A DNA stretch of 64,000 bases. Origin: Sulfuricurvum sp. 17-40-25. Lineage in GTDB: Bacteria > Campylobacterota > Campylobacteria > Campylobacterales > Sulfurimonadaceae. Positions 9,055 to 18,121 of this stretch are shown here, piece by piece. Positions within the stretch are counted from its first letter, which is position 1, and each line of letters opens with the position of its first letter. Position numbers and translations under genes: made by a program. A model generated the notes under the pieces. That model was not told the DNA's origin. It worked only from the letters and a program-made list of their open reading frames with translations, and made no database searches. Where the stretch lies: contig NCIJ01000005.1 of assembly GCA_002282015.1 (NCBI GenBank), forward strand, positions 598 to 64,597. Reading direction: 5' to 3'.

Positions 9055-9848
9055 GCATCTGTAACAAGTGTTCTGCCATCATCAAATATTTTAAATTTTT
9101 GTGCTTGGACACATTTACCGTCTTCCAGTGTCATGACGGCCACCTGCAAAATTCGTTTGCATTTTTCAGGGACTTCAAATCTCCCTGAAACCCCTGTCAA
9201 AAATCGCTCCAAGGGTACTTTTTCATCCATCCCAATCACATTATCACGACAACCGCTAAGCCCTATGTCGGTGAGATACGCTGTTCCATGTGATATCTGT
9301 AGATCATCAGTTCCCACATGGGTATGGGTGCCCATGATACCGCTGACTTCTCCTTGCAACAACATCATCATCGCTCTTTTTTCACTGGAAGCTTCTGCAT
9401 GCACATCAACAAAGATTGATTTGATCCCCTGCTCTTTTAAGTCGGCAACTGTATCACGGGCACATCGAAAGGCATTGTCTACATACGGCATACCGTAATG
9501 CCCCATAATGTTTAACACAGCCAGTTTTTCGCCTGCTACCTCAAATATCTTACAGCCTGTTCCAGGGACACCCAGTGGATAATTATGAGGACGTAGAAGC
9601 GGTAATGTCTCAAGTAAAGGAATGACCTCTTTTTTATCCCAGGTGTGATTGCCACCGGTCATGGCGTCTATGCCTAATTCAAAAAGCTCTTTGGCATTTT
9701 TGAGGGTCAATCCAAAACCATGTGATGCATTTTCATAGTTTCCGATAACGAAATCAATCCCCTCTGATTTTCGCAATTTTCTCAAGTTTTCTTTGATCAT
9801 ACTACGACCGGGACGACCTACGATATCGCCTATAAATGCTATTTTCAC
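9039..9848 (-). CDS. YmdB-like metallophosphoesterase
   Basis: MKIAFIGDIVGRPGR, GNYENASHGFG, TGGNHTWD, DVHAEASSEK, GTHTHVGT. Confidence 0.88.
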   Translation of the reverse strand: MKIAFIGDIVGRPGRSMIKENLRKLRKSEGIDFVIGNYENASHGFGLTLKNAKELFELGIDAMTGGNHTWDKKEVIPLLETLPLLRPHNYPLGVPGTGCKIFEVAGEKLAVLNIMGHYGMPYVDNAFRCARDTVADLKEQGIKSIFVDVHAEASSEKRAMMMLLQGEVSGIMGTHTHVGTDDLQISHGTAYLTDIGLSGCRDNVIGMDEKVPLERFLTGVSGRFEVPEKCKRILQVAVMTLEDGKCVQAQKFKIFDDGRTLVTDAWMEE

Positions 9849-9913
9849 TACTTAAACCTTATCTATTGTTAATTACGAAAGTGTACCGAAACAAAGCTTT
9901 TGTATAATTCCCT

Positions 9914-10407
9914 ATGCTAAAGTACATCAATGGATACAACGAGACCATAAAAACGCAGGTTCAGGACCTCATCAACAGCGGAAATTTGGGGAGTCATCTG
10001 GAACACAAATATCCTGATAATCACACCTATACAACCGATAAAAGTCTCTATGATTATGTGATGGATCTCAAAAACAGCCATTTTCGCCATTCTCCACCGA
10101 TTACAAAAGTTCATTATGACACCAAAATACGTGATCTGCACTCCGCATTGGGAACCCATACCTTTGTCTCACGCGTTCAGGGGGAAAACTCAAGGCCAAA
10201 AATGAGATACGAATCTCGCATCTGTTTAAAAAAGTACCCGAGCCTTTTTTACGGATGATCGTGGTTCATGAGCTAGCCCATCTCAAAGAAAAAGAGCATA
10301 ATAAAGCGTTTTATTCCCTATGCAAACACATCGAACCCCAATATCATCAGCTTGAATTTGATGTACGGCTGTACCTCACGTACATGGATATCTCGAAGAG
10401 AATCTAA
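9914..10407 (+). pseudogene. YgjP-like (DUF45/M48-type) metallopeptidase, frameshifted
   Basis: ORF 9914..10258 ends prematurely. The -1 frame from about 10183 reads GKLKAKNEIRISHLFKKVPEPFLRMIVVHELAHLKEKEHNKAFYSLC..* (stop 10405-10407) and carries the HExxH motif. The switch point is the G5A4 tract at 10180-10188; one extra nt would restore a single ORF. Confidence 0.8.
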
Positions 10408-10449
10408 TGTATAATCTAAGATTAAAATTTAAAATAAAGTAATCTTATC

Positions 10450-12477
10450 ATGCTTAGATCAGCGACCTTTAAACCAAAACCAATTATTAAATACCTGTTG
10501 GTAGTTTTAGTCTTTATGAGTAGCACTCTTTTTGCAAATGAGCTACCCAATAAATGCAGTCGTGATAAAAACCCCAACGAATTTACCATTCTAAGCTATC
10601 ATGAAATTTCCGAAAAAAGTGAAACGCTTGATTCAAGCTATGCTGTTACACCTGCTAATTTTGAAGCGCAAATTCAATGGTTTATCAAAAACGGTTACCA
10701 CTTTGTAAATATTGATGCTATTTTAAAATACCGTAAAGAGGGCAAGCCTTTGCCGGACAAAGCAGTTTTGATGACATTTGACGATGGGTATGCATCGGTT
10801 TATACTAACGCCTTTCCCCTTATCAAAAAATATAAAGTTCCGGTTGTCATCGCATTGGTCGGAAGTTGGTTGGAGGCCAAAGAAAAGGTAGATTTTGATG
10901 GGCATATGATTGGACGTGAAAAGTTTTTAAATCAAGAACAGCTCAAAGAGATGGTCCACAGCGGTCTCATTGAAATCGCCAGTCATACACACTCTTTGCA
11001 CAAAGGTATTGCAGGCAATCCTCAAGGCAATATGCAGCCAGCGGTTAGAACCCGCCAATGGTTGGCTCAGACACAAAAATATGAAGATGAAGCACGTTAT
11101 CAAAAACGTGTTTACAATGATTTACTGAAAAACAATACTTTTTTAGAGAAATACACAGGGCAAAAACCACGTATCATCGTCTGGCCTTATGGACATTACA
11201 ATATAGAGGTTCGAAAAATTGCTGAAAAATTGGGAATGCCCATCGGATTAACACTAGATGATGGGAGCAATACTGCAATTACCCCTTTATGGGGACTACG
11301 ACGCATATTGGTTGAGCAAAAAATGACGCTGAAAGAATTAGAACTCATCATGTTGGTTCGAAATGGGAATTTCATAGACGATGATCGCATTACCAAAGCG
11401 GCCCATATTGATCTGGATTATATCTACGATGCTGATCCCGCTCAACAAGAAAGAAATTTAGGTGCATTACTGGACCGTATAAAAACATTGGGTATTAACA
11501 CGATCTATCTGCAGGCATTTGCCGATCCTGACGCCAATGGTGCAGCCGATTATGTCTATTTTTCAACCCGAAACGTACCGATGCGTGCCGATTTGTTTAA
11601 TCGTGTGGCCTGGCAAATTTCAACACGTACCCAAGTCAAACGTATTTATGCATGGATGCCAATGATCGCGTGGCAATTACCACAAAACAATCCAGCAGTA
11701 AACGATACTGTTGTGACATTGCAAGTAGATCCAACCCATCTGAACATGGGATATCCACGACTCTCTCCCTTTTCACCAAAAGCAAAAAAAGTCATTAAAG
11801 AGATCTACGAAGATTTGTCCAAATCAGCCTACATCGATGGGATATTGTTTCATGACGATGTGACCCTATCCGATTTTGAAGATGACAGTAACGCAGCACG
11901 TGCACAATACAAAAAATGGGGGTTGGCGTCAAATGTGACCCAAATTCGTGCCAATAGAAAGCAGTTTCAACGATGGACAACGCTCAAAACAAACTATTTA
12001 GACGACTTTGCCATGGAATTGGCACAAATTGTGCGAAATGAGCAACCTGGGCTTAAAACAGCGCGTAATCTTTATGCCCAAGTGGCTATCAACCCAGATG
12101 CACAAGAGTGGTACGCACAAAGTCTCTCTGATTCAATCAAAAAGTATGACTACACCGCCATCATGGCAATGCCCTATATGGAGCAAGCCGATGACCACAA
12201 GGCGTTTTACACACAAATCGTCAATAACGTTAAAAAAGAGCACTGTGGAGTTGAACGCGTAGTCATGGAACTACAAACGGTCAATTGGCGAAAAGAAAGC
12301 GAACCGTTGCCTAAAGCAGAAATAAGCCAGACCATCAGCGATCTTCAGGATATGGGGATTAATCATCTTGCCTACTACCCTGATAATGTATTTAAAAATG
12401 TACCCGATGCCGATGCGATTCGTGAAGATTTTGTCCAAATACCCTTACGTATGCATCCCTATCCTCCTACACAATAA
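10450..12477 (+). CDS. pgaB: Poly-beta-1,6-N-acetyl-D-glucosamine N-deacetylase PgaB
   Basis: Signal peptide, CE4 domain (LMTFDDGY, HTHSLH) and a long C-terminal glycoside-hydrolase-like domain; 675 aa. Lies directly upstream of pgaC. Confidence 0.88.
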   Translation: MLRSATFKPKPIIKYLLVVLVFMSSTLFANELPNKCSRDKNPNEFTILSYHEISEKSETLDSSYAVTPANFEAQIQWFIKNGYHFVNIDAILKYRKEGKPLPDKAVLMTFDDGYASVYTNAFPLIKKYKVPVVIALVGSWLEAKEKVDFDGHMIGREKFLNQEQLKEMVHSGLIEIASHTHSLHKGIAGNPQGNMQPAVRTRQWLAQTQKYEDEARYQKRVYNDLLKNNTFLEKYTGQKPRIIVWPYGHYNIEVRKIAEKLGMPIGLTLDDGSNTAITPLWGLRRILVEQKMTLKELELIMLVRNGNFIDDDRITKAAHIDLDYIYDADPAQQERNLGALLDRIKTLGINTIYLQAFADPDANGAADYVYFSTRNVPMRADLFNRVAWQISTRTQVKRIYAWMPMIAWQLPQNNPAVNDTVVTLQVDPTHLNMGYPRLSPFSPKAKKVIKEIYEDLSKSAYIDGILFHDDVTLSDFEDDSNAARAQYKKWGLASNVTQIRANRKQFQRWTTLKTNYLDDFAMELAQIVRNEQPGLKTARNLYAQVAINPDAQEWYAQSLSDSIKKYDYTAIMAMPYMEQADDHKAFYTQIVNNVKKEHCGVERVVMELQTVNWRKESEPLPKAEISQTISDLQDMGINHLAYYPDNVFKNVPDADAIREDFVQIPLRMHPYPPTQ

Positions 12478-12492
12478 CCGAGAAGGATTTTA

Positions 12493-13782
12493 ATGACTTT
12501 TACTGTTCTGTTGCATTTAATATGGCATACACTTTTAGGTTTTATCTTTTACTATCCACTCTTTATGTCAAGTTTATGGATTATAGGAGCTATCTTTTTT
12601 TATTACAAAAATGAAAAACCTTATCTTACGCATACGATTCCAGAGCTTAGACCCAATGAAAGCTGGCCGGGTGTCAGTATTTTGATCCCCTGCTATAACG
12701 AAGGTGAAAATGCGATCGAAACCATTACCTATGCTCTAAATGTAGATTATCCAGAATTTGAAGTCATCGCTATCAATGATGGCAGCAAAGACGATACATT
12801 AGAAATACTGCTTAATTTAGCCAAAGACAATCCAAAATTAAAAGTGGTTAATTTAGCCGAAAATCAAGGAAAAGCATTAGGGCTGCAAGCCGGTGCCCTA
12901 TTGGCAAAGTATGAATATTTGATCGGTATCGACGGTGATGCTCTTATTGACAAATATTGTCCCTATTGGATGGTGAAACATTTTATCCGTTATCCAGAAG
13001 TTGCCGCCGTAACGGGCAATCCAAGAATACGCAATCGCTCAACACTCTTAGGGAAAATTCAAGTAGGCGAATTTTCATCCATCGTCGGGATGATCAAACG
13101 TGCTCAGCGCAGTTTTGGACGTATATTTACCGTTTCAGGAGTCATTACCGGTTTTCGAAAAGCAGCGGTGCATGAAGTTGGCTACTGGAGTCCAGATATG
13201 CTGACTGAAGACATCGATGTTACCTGGAAACTACAGCGTAATGGTTGGGATGTACGCTTTGAACCTCGCGCCTTGGTATGGATTTTAATGCCTGAGACCT
13301 TAAGCGGATTATGGAAACAGCGATTACGTTGGGCTATGGGCGGCGTTCAAGTCATGTTTAAAAACTTCACTGTTTTATTTCGTCCAAAACAAACCCATCT
13401 ATGGGGACTCATGGTAGAACTGATGCTCAGCACTCTTTGGGCATACAGTATGATATTAGTATTTGCAGTCTGGTTTATGAGCCTATTTATACCGATTAAC
13501 TATGTCATGCCATCTCATTCACCTATATTACCGGATGAGACCAGTATCATCTTAATCGGAGCATGTTTGATACAGTTTGCCGTGAGTAAATGGCTCGATG
13601 GGCATTATGATGAAGGGTTAGGTAAAAACTACTTCTGGATGATTTGGTATCCGTTTGCCTATTGGCTGCTTAACTTGTTTACTGCCGTTACCGCCGTACC
13701 TAAAGTTTTATTTGGTAAAAAAGGTCGCGCACGTTGGGTTAGTCCAGATCGTGGCGCGCATCAAAAGCCTAAAAAAAGTTAG
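12493..13782 (+). CDS. pgaC: Poly-beta-1,6-N-acetyl-D-glucosamine synthase PgaC (GT2)
   Basis: ILIPCYNE, AINDGSKDDT, GIDGDA (DxD), QRLRWAMGG (QxxRW), and flanking TM helices. Confidence 0.9.
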   Translation: MTFTVLLHLIWHTLLGFIFYYPLFMSSLWIIGAIFFYYKNEKPYLTHTIPELRPNESWPGVSILIPCYNEGENAIETITYALNVDYPEFEVIAINDGSKDDTLEILLNLAKDNPKLKVVNLAENQGKALGLQAGALLAKYEYLIGIDGDALIDKYCPYWMVKHFIRYPEVAAVTGNPRIRNRSTLLGKIQVGEFSSIVGMIKRAQRSFGRIFTVSGVITGFRKAAVHEVGYWSPDMLTEDIDVTWKLQRNGWDVRFEPRALVWILMPETLSGLWKQRLRWAMGGVQVMFKNFTVLFRPKQTHLWGLMVELMLSTLWAYSMILVFAVWFMSLFIPINYVMPSHSPILPDETSIILIGACLIQFAVSKWLDGHYDEGLGKNYFWMIWYPFAYWLLNLFTAVTAVPKVLFGKKGRARWVSPDRGAHQKPKKS

Positions 13783-13792
13783 CTTAACCGTT

Positions 13793-14845
13793 TTAAAAGT
13801 TGCCACACTCTTTTATATTTTTAGAGAGTGCTCGGTTGGCTTTTTGCAACTGGAAATTGTCTTTTATCAGATATTTACCACCTTTCATCTCTTGTAACAT
13901 CCATGTATTAATGCGCTGATGATAGTGAAGCAAGTCTTTGTAGTTATCAAGATCGCACGTCACCTCTTTAGATTGTTGAAAGTCGTATAGTTTTACATTT
14001 GGATAATGCGCCAAGGTAATAAATACATGGCGCTTGAATCGCTCTACGGTATTAAGCCATCCCTTGTTTTGCATATCTTTGTATGCCAATATCGAGTACG
14101 GTGGATAAAATATATAAAAGGTAGTTTCAGGATGATTTTGGATAAGTGGAATTAAATTGATGTCAACATTCTTCTTCATCGCTTCAAGAGCATATTCTTC
14201 TTTACGATAATCTGGATTAAACCCATACTTTTCTTTCCATTCCGAAATACGATCGGCCCGATTAAAATCATCTTCATGAAACTCATGCTGCCACTGATAC
14301 ATACGGTTATAATCAAACATTACAGCTTCTTTTGGAACGATTAACGAGTCTACGGAAAATTTAAAAGTGTCGAAATTAAAAAGATAGCGATAGTCGTTTA
14401 AAAGATTGTCATCGTACAAATAAAAAGGGAGTGACCCCTCGCCTCCAAACAGACGTGTTGTATTTCCCGTAAATGAAAAAAGATCAAGCCCATAGATAAC
14501 GGTGTCGATTTTACGATGCTCATACGCATGCTTCAACACGACGCTAATCTCATACGCCGTTGCTGCAGACATACAAAGCTTGATCGGTTTATCAAATCCT
14601 AAAGTCTCTTTAGCTTCGGAAAGAACAAAGTTTTCTGTCATGGATGAGCCGATAATCACCTGCTTGTAATCATACGTTTTGGCTAATCCAGAGTTTAAAT
14701 AACGCTCATTGTCATAAACGGGCTTATACAACTGTGCTTTTGCGTATTGCGCAAATGGGTCCAGTATAAAGTTCACAACACCCATAGCCAGAAGCCCTAG
14801 TATGACAAATAGAATAATGTTGATTATCCATTGCATTGGTTTCAT
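13793..14845 (-). CDS. Membrane-anchored DltD-like/SGNH-fold protein, partner of the MBOAT
   Basis: N-terminal TM helix, VIIGSSMTENF (GSS catalytic-Ser-type block), and C-terminal DLLHYH (DxxH). Lies 8 nt downstream of the MBOAT gene. Confidence 0.55.
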   Translation of the reverse strand: MKPMQWIINIILFVILGLLAMGVVNFILDPFAQYAKAQLYKPVYDNERYLNSGLAKTYDYKQVIIGSSMTENFVLSEAKETLGFDKPIKLCMSAATAYEISVVLKHAYEHRKIDTVIYGLDLFSFTGNTTRLFGGEGSLPFYLYDDNLLNDYRYLFNFDTFKFSVDSLIVPKEAVMFDYNRMYQWQHEFHEDDFNRADRISEWKEKYGFNPDYRKEEYALEAMKKNVDINLIPLIQNHPETTFYIFYPPYSILAYKDMQNKGWLNTVERFKRHVFITLAHYPNVKLYDFQQSKEVTCDLDNYKDLLHYHQRINTWMLQEMKGGKYLIKDNFQLQKANRALSKNIKECGNF

Positions 14846-14853
14846 AAATAAGC

Positions 14854-16284
14854 CTAAAAATTAAAATAGAGAAAAGTAGATACTTTACTCAGATGCAATA
14901 TACCAACACACATCAAGAATGCTCCAAAGAACATGCTTTTTTTATTCAAACGCAAAGCACTAACCATCTGATTGGAATTCTTTGTGAAAAAAGTGCTAAA
15001 CCCGATCATAAACACGATCAGCATCATTACCAAATCTATGGTTGACAATCCACCAAACTCAGCTAACTCGGTGATATCTCCAAGCTCATTGAATCCAAAC
15101 ATCCCGCGCAGTACATTCACCGCATCGTCCCACTCTTTTGCCCGAAAGAAGATCCAAGTGATGTTGATAAAGTTAAACGTAATGAACCATGCCAGTAATG
15201 CGTTCATCTTGAACCCCATACTCTGCCATACACGATGAAGGACAATAGCACCGCCATGTAAAGCACCCCACATCACAAACATCCATGATGCACCATGCCA
15301 TAAACCACCGACTAAAAAAACAGCAAAAAGATTACTATACGTTCGCCATTGTCCCTTTTGATTTCCTCCTAGGGGGAAATAGATGTAGTCGCGTAAAAAG
15401 CGCGATAGTGTAATGTGCCATCGTCGCCAGAAATCTTGGATACTCAACGCTTTATACGGACTGTTAAAATTGATCGGGAGTTTGATATTAAAAAGCAATG
15501 CAACGGCAAGTGCCATATCGGTATAACCGCTAAAATCAAAATAAAGCTGAAATGTGTAGGAAAGTGATGTCGTCCAAGCGGTTACGAATGTCAACGAATC
15601 TGTACTGCCATATCCACACGATACCCAAACCACGAAAGTATCGGCGATAACCACCTTTTTAAAAAGCCCGATCGCAAACAGATACATCCCTGCAGTGATA
15701 TTTTTGGTGTTGAACACTTTGTTTCGAACAGCATCAAACTGCGGCATCATCTCTTTATGATGCAAAATAGGACCCGCCAGTACATGAGGGAAAAACGTGA
15801 CAAAGAGGGTGTAATTAAGATAATCCATCTCTTTGACTTCATCTCGATACGCATCCACCAAATAAGCGATCTGAGTGAAGGTGAAAAAACTGATTCCCAA
15901 TGGAAGTACGATATGGATTAAATCCAAATGCGTACCGACCATAGCGTTGAGATTAAGAATAAAAAAGTCCATGTATTTAAAATAAGCCAATAGCAGGACA
16001 TTGGCGATAATCCCGAAGATCAACATCGTTTTAGAAGAGATCCGTTTCTTGGAAGATTGCGTACCATTGATATGAGTAATCGTCGAACCAACTGCAAAAT
16101 TAAAGAGAATAGAACCCAACATAATTGGTAGATAGATAACATTCCACCATGAATAAAAAAACAAGGATGAAAATACCATCCACGCTTTTGAAGCTTGTGT
16201 CAGCCGTTTTTTATTAAGCCAAAAATAAATACCCAACGTGATTGGTAAAAATAAAAAGATAAACTCATAACTGTTAAAAAGCAT
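14854..16284 (-). CDS. MBOAT-family membrane O-acyltransferase (AlgI/DltB/PatA-like)
   Basis: MLFNSYEFIFLFLP start, FWRRWHITLSRFLRDYIY, GGLWHGASW (conserved His), multiple TM helices. Confidence 0.88.
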   Translation of the reverse strand: MLFNSYEFIFLFLPITLGIYFWLNKKRLTQASKAWMVFSSLFFYSWWNVIYLPIMLGSILFNFAVGSTITHINGTQSSKKRISSKTMLIFGIIANVLLLAYFKYMDFFILNLNAMVGTHLDLIHIVLPLGISFFTFTQIAYLVDAYRDEVKEMDYLNYTLFVTFFPHVLAGPILHHKEMMPQFDAVRNKVFNTKNITAGMYLFAIGLFKKVVIADTFVVWVSCGYGSTDSLTFVTAWTTSLSYTFQLYFDFSGYTDMALAVALLFNIKLPINFNSPYKALSIQDFWRRWHITLSRFLRDYIYFPLGGNQKGQWRTYSNLFAVFLVGGLWHGASWMFVMWGALHGGAIVLHRVWQSMGFKMNALLAWFITFNFINITWIFFRAKEWDDAVNVLRGMFGFNELGDITELAEFGGLSTIDLVMMLIVFMIGFSTFFTKNSNQMVSALRLNKKSMFFGAFLMCVGILHLSKVSTFLYFNF

Positions 16285-16323
16285 TTTTACCTACTGCTTA
16301 TCGTATTGTGATGGATCAATATA

Positions 16324-16746
16324 TTAATTATCACGGACACAACGTACATAAAAATTTGAATTCTTTAGCTGGAGCGAATCGTCACCATTCTCGAAATTCA
16401 TACTCCATGCGTACCCGCTGTCGTAAACATTGCTTGAAGACCAATAATTTTTTGGTATTACATTTTTAAAAGCTGTATTAATGGCAATATTTGCTCTTTT
16501 TTCATCTCTAATTGAAAATAAATCATCCATAATTGGAAGTCTCCAATCACTGTGTCCTGCAAAACTAAGATTTGCACAATACGCCCTTGCCCCTTGTAAA
16601 TCCTGACTCACTCTTTCAACATCACGGCTATCCTGCCACATGAGTTTATTGTTCGCATCAATAACTACTTCTTGTGAGTCAATCCTAAGGACGTCTGCAT
16701 TACTAAATGCAACAAACAAACAAAAGATCAAAGAGAGTATTTTCAT
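16324..16746 (-). CDS. Secreted DUF1566 (Lcl C-terminal-like) domain protein
   Basis: Signal peptide MKILSLIFCLFVAFSNA, taken from the internal ATG at 16746. LMWQD, ARAYCANLSFAGHSDWRLP, YWSSS and YVRCVR blocks. Confidence 0.7.
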   Translation of the reverse strand: MKILSLIFCLFVAFSNADVLRIDSQEVVIDANNKLMWQDSRDVERVSQDLQGARAYCANLSFAGHSDWRLPIMDDLFSIRDEKRANIAINTAFKNVIPKNYWSSSNVYDSGYAWSMNFENGDDSLQLKNSNFYVRCVRDN

Positions 16747-16750
16747 TGCT

Positions 16751-17557
16751 CTACTTCTTCTCATTAAGTTGTTGGCGATAGGCTTTGATCTTGAGCAAAT
16801 CTTCAAGGCTTACAAAGGTATACCCCTGCTCTTTGAGGTTTTTGATGATTTGGGTCAGGGCACCGACACTGCTGCTATTACAATGCATCATGATAATATC
16901 ACCGCTTTGAATCTTACTGCCAACGATTTGGACAATAGGTTTTGGATCATCAATCGCCCAGTCAAGCGAATCCATAGACCATAAAATCGTCGTCATATTA
17001 TGCTCATTGGTGACATCCACCACCAAAGGATTGATGGCACCGTATGGCGGACGAAACAATAACGGATATTTTCCGGTAATTTCTTCGATACGCTGAGACG
17101 TTCGATCCAATTGAGCACTCATACCCGTAGCATTAAGATCGGTCATACGCGGATGGCTAAAACTGTGACTTAAAACAAGATGCCCTTCATCGTAAGCTCG
17201 CTTTACCAATGCAATGTTACTGCCTCTCATATTTTCACCAATCATAAAAAAAGAGGCTTTAACATCATTTTCTTTGAGAATATCCAGTAGTTTATGGGTG
17301 TTCAGTTCATCGGGAGCATCATCAAAGGTGAGAGTGATATTTTTAAGGGTACCATCGCCATGGGTGATCACATTTTTATACGTCCCAACAGGGAGTGGTT
17401 TGACGGTATTCGTACCCCATTGCCCTAAAAACAAAGTTTGATTAACATCCATAAACCATGAATTACCTCGGATACTGTCACGAGAATTTGAGTGCGCAAA
17501 GAGAGATAGTTGATTCAAGAGCAAAAGGATAAAAAAAAGTTTATACATTACAACCAT
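16751..17557 (-). CDS. Secreted polysaccharide deacetylase (CE4/NodB domain)
   Basis: TLTFDDAP, SHSFSHP, RPPYG, DSLDW, IIMMH; N-terminal signal peptide. Confidence 0.88.
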   Translation of the reverse strand: MVVMYKLFFILLLLNQLSLFAHSNSRDSIRGNSWFMDVNQTLFLGQWGTNTVKPLPVGTYKNVITHGDGTLKNITLTFDDAPDELNTHKLLDILKENDVKASFFMIGENMRGSNIALVKRAYDEGHLVLSHSFSHPRMTDLNATGMSAQLDRTSQRIEEITGKYPLLFRPPYGAINPLVVDVTNEHNMTTILWSMDSLDWAIDDPKPIVQIVGSKIQSGDIIMMHCNSSSVGALTQIIKNLKEQGYTFVSLEDLLKIKAYRQQLNEKK

Positions 17558-17626
17558 TTCACTAAAAAATTCAAATTTTATCCATGAGTTCTATGTTTTT
17601 TTGACGACGCTATTATACGATTATTC

Positions 17627-17635
17627 TGCTATAAT
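17627..17635 (+). promoter_or_regulatory. Extended -10 promoter candidate for pgaD and the OMP gene
   Basis: TGCTATAAT about 43 nt upstream of the TTG start at 17678; GAAGGGA RBS. Confidence 0.4.
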
Positions 17636-17677
17636 TTTCCCTATTTAAAGCATCTTCATTGAAGGGAATCAGGCTAC

Positions 17678-18121
17678 TTGGAAACATTAATCATTAACAA
17701 GCGTCGTGAATTGCCTAAAGCCAAACGGATCTTTTGGGACGGAATAACGGTCTTACTTTGGTTGGGTTTTCTTTATTTATGGAAGCCTGTATTTCTCATA
17801 TTTTATAAAATAATTACACTGGGTGCACCCGCCGATGAAATCGCAGATTGGATATTTGGTGAAATTCATAGCGTAACCTTTGAACACGCTATTATTGTAT
17901 TGATTACGACACCCATTGTATTATTTATATTGTCAAGACTAAACCGACACCAAGCCCCTAGTGAACATTTACTATATGACGCTAAAGACTATGCCGATTA
18001 TTTCGACCTAGACGATACCAACTTGCAACAGTGTACAAATAGCCAGTTAGTTACGGTTTACCATGATACACACGGTCATATCATCCGTCTGAATGATCAA
18101 ATCACAACACATAACCAATAA
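17678..18121 (+). CDS. pgaD: PgaD-like PNAG biosynthesis protein
   Basis: 147 aa with two N-terminal TM helices and a cytosolic tail. The overall layout and the tail (YDAKDYADYFDLDDTNLQQC..LVTVYHDTHGHIIRL) resemble E. coli PgaD as I recall it. Confidence 0.55.
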   Translation: METLIINKRRELPKAKRIFWDGITVLLWLGFLYLWKPVFLIFYKIITLGAPADEIADWIFGEIHSVTFEHAIIVLITTPIVLFILSRLNRHQAPSEHLLYDAKDYADYFDLDDTNLQQCTNSQLVTVYHDTHGHIIRLNDQITTHNQ

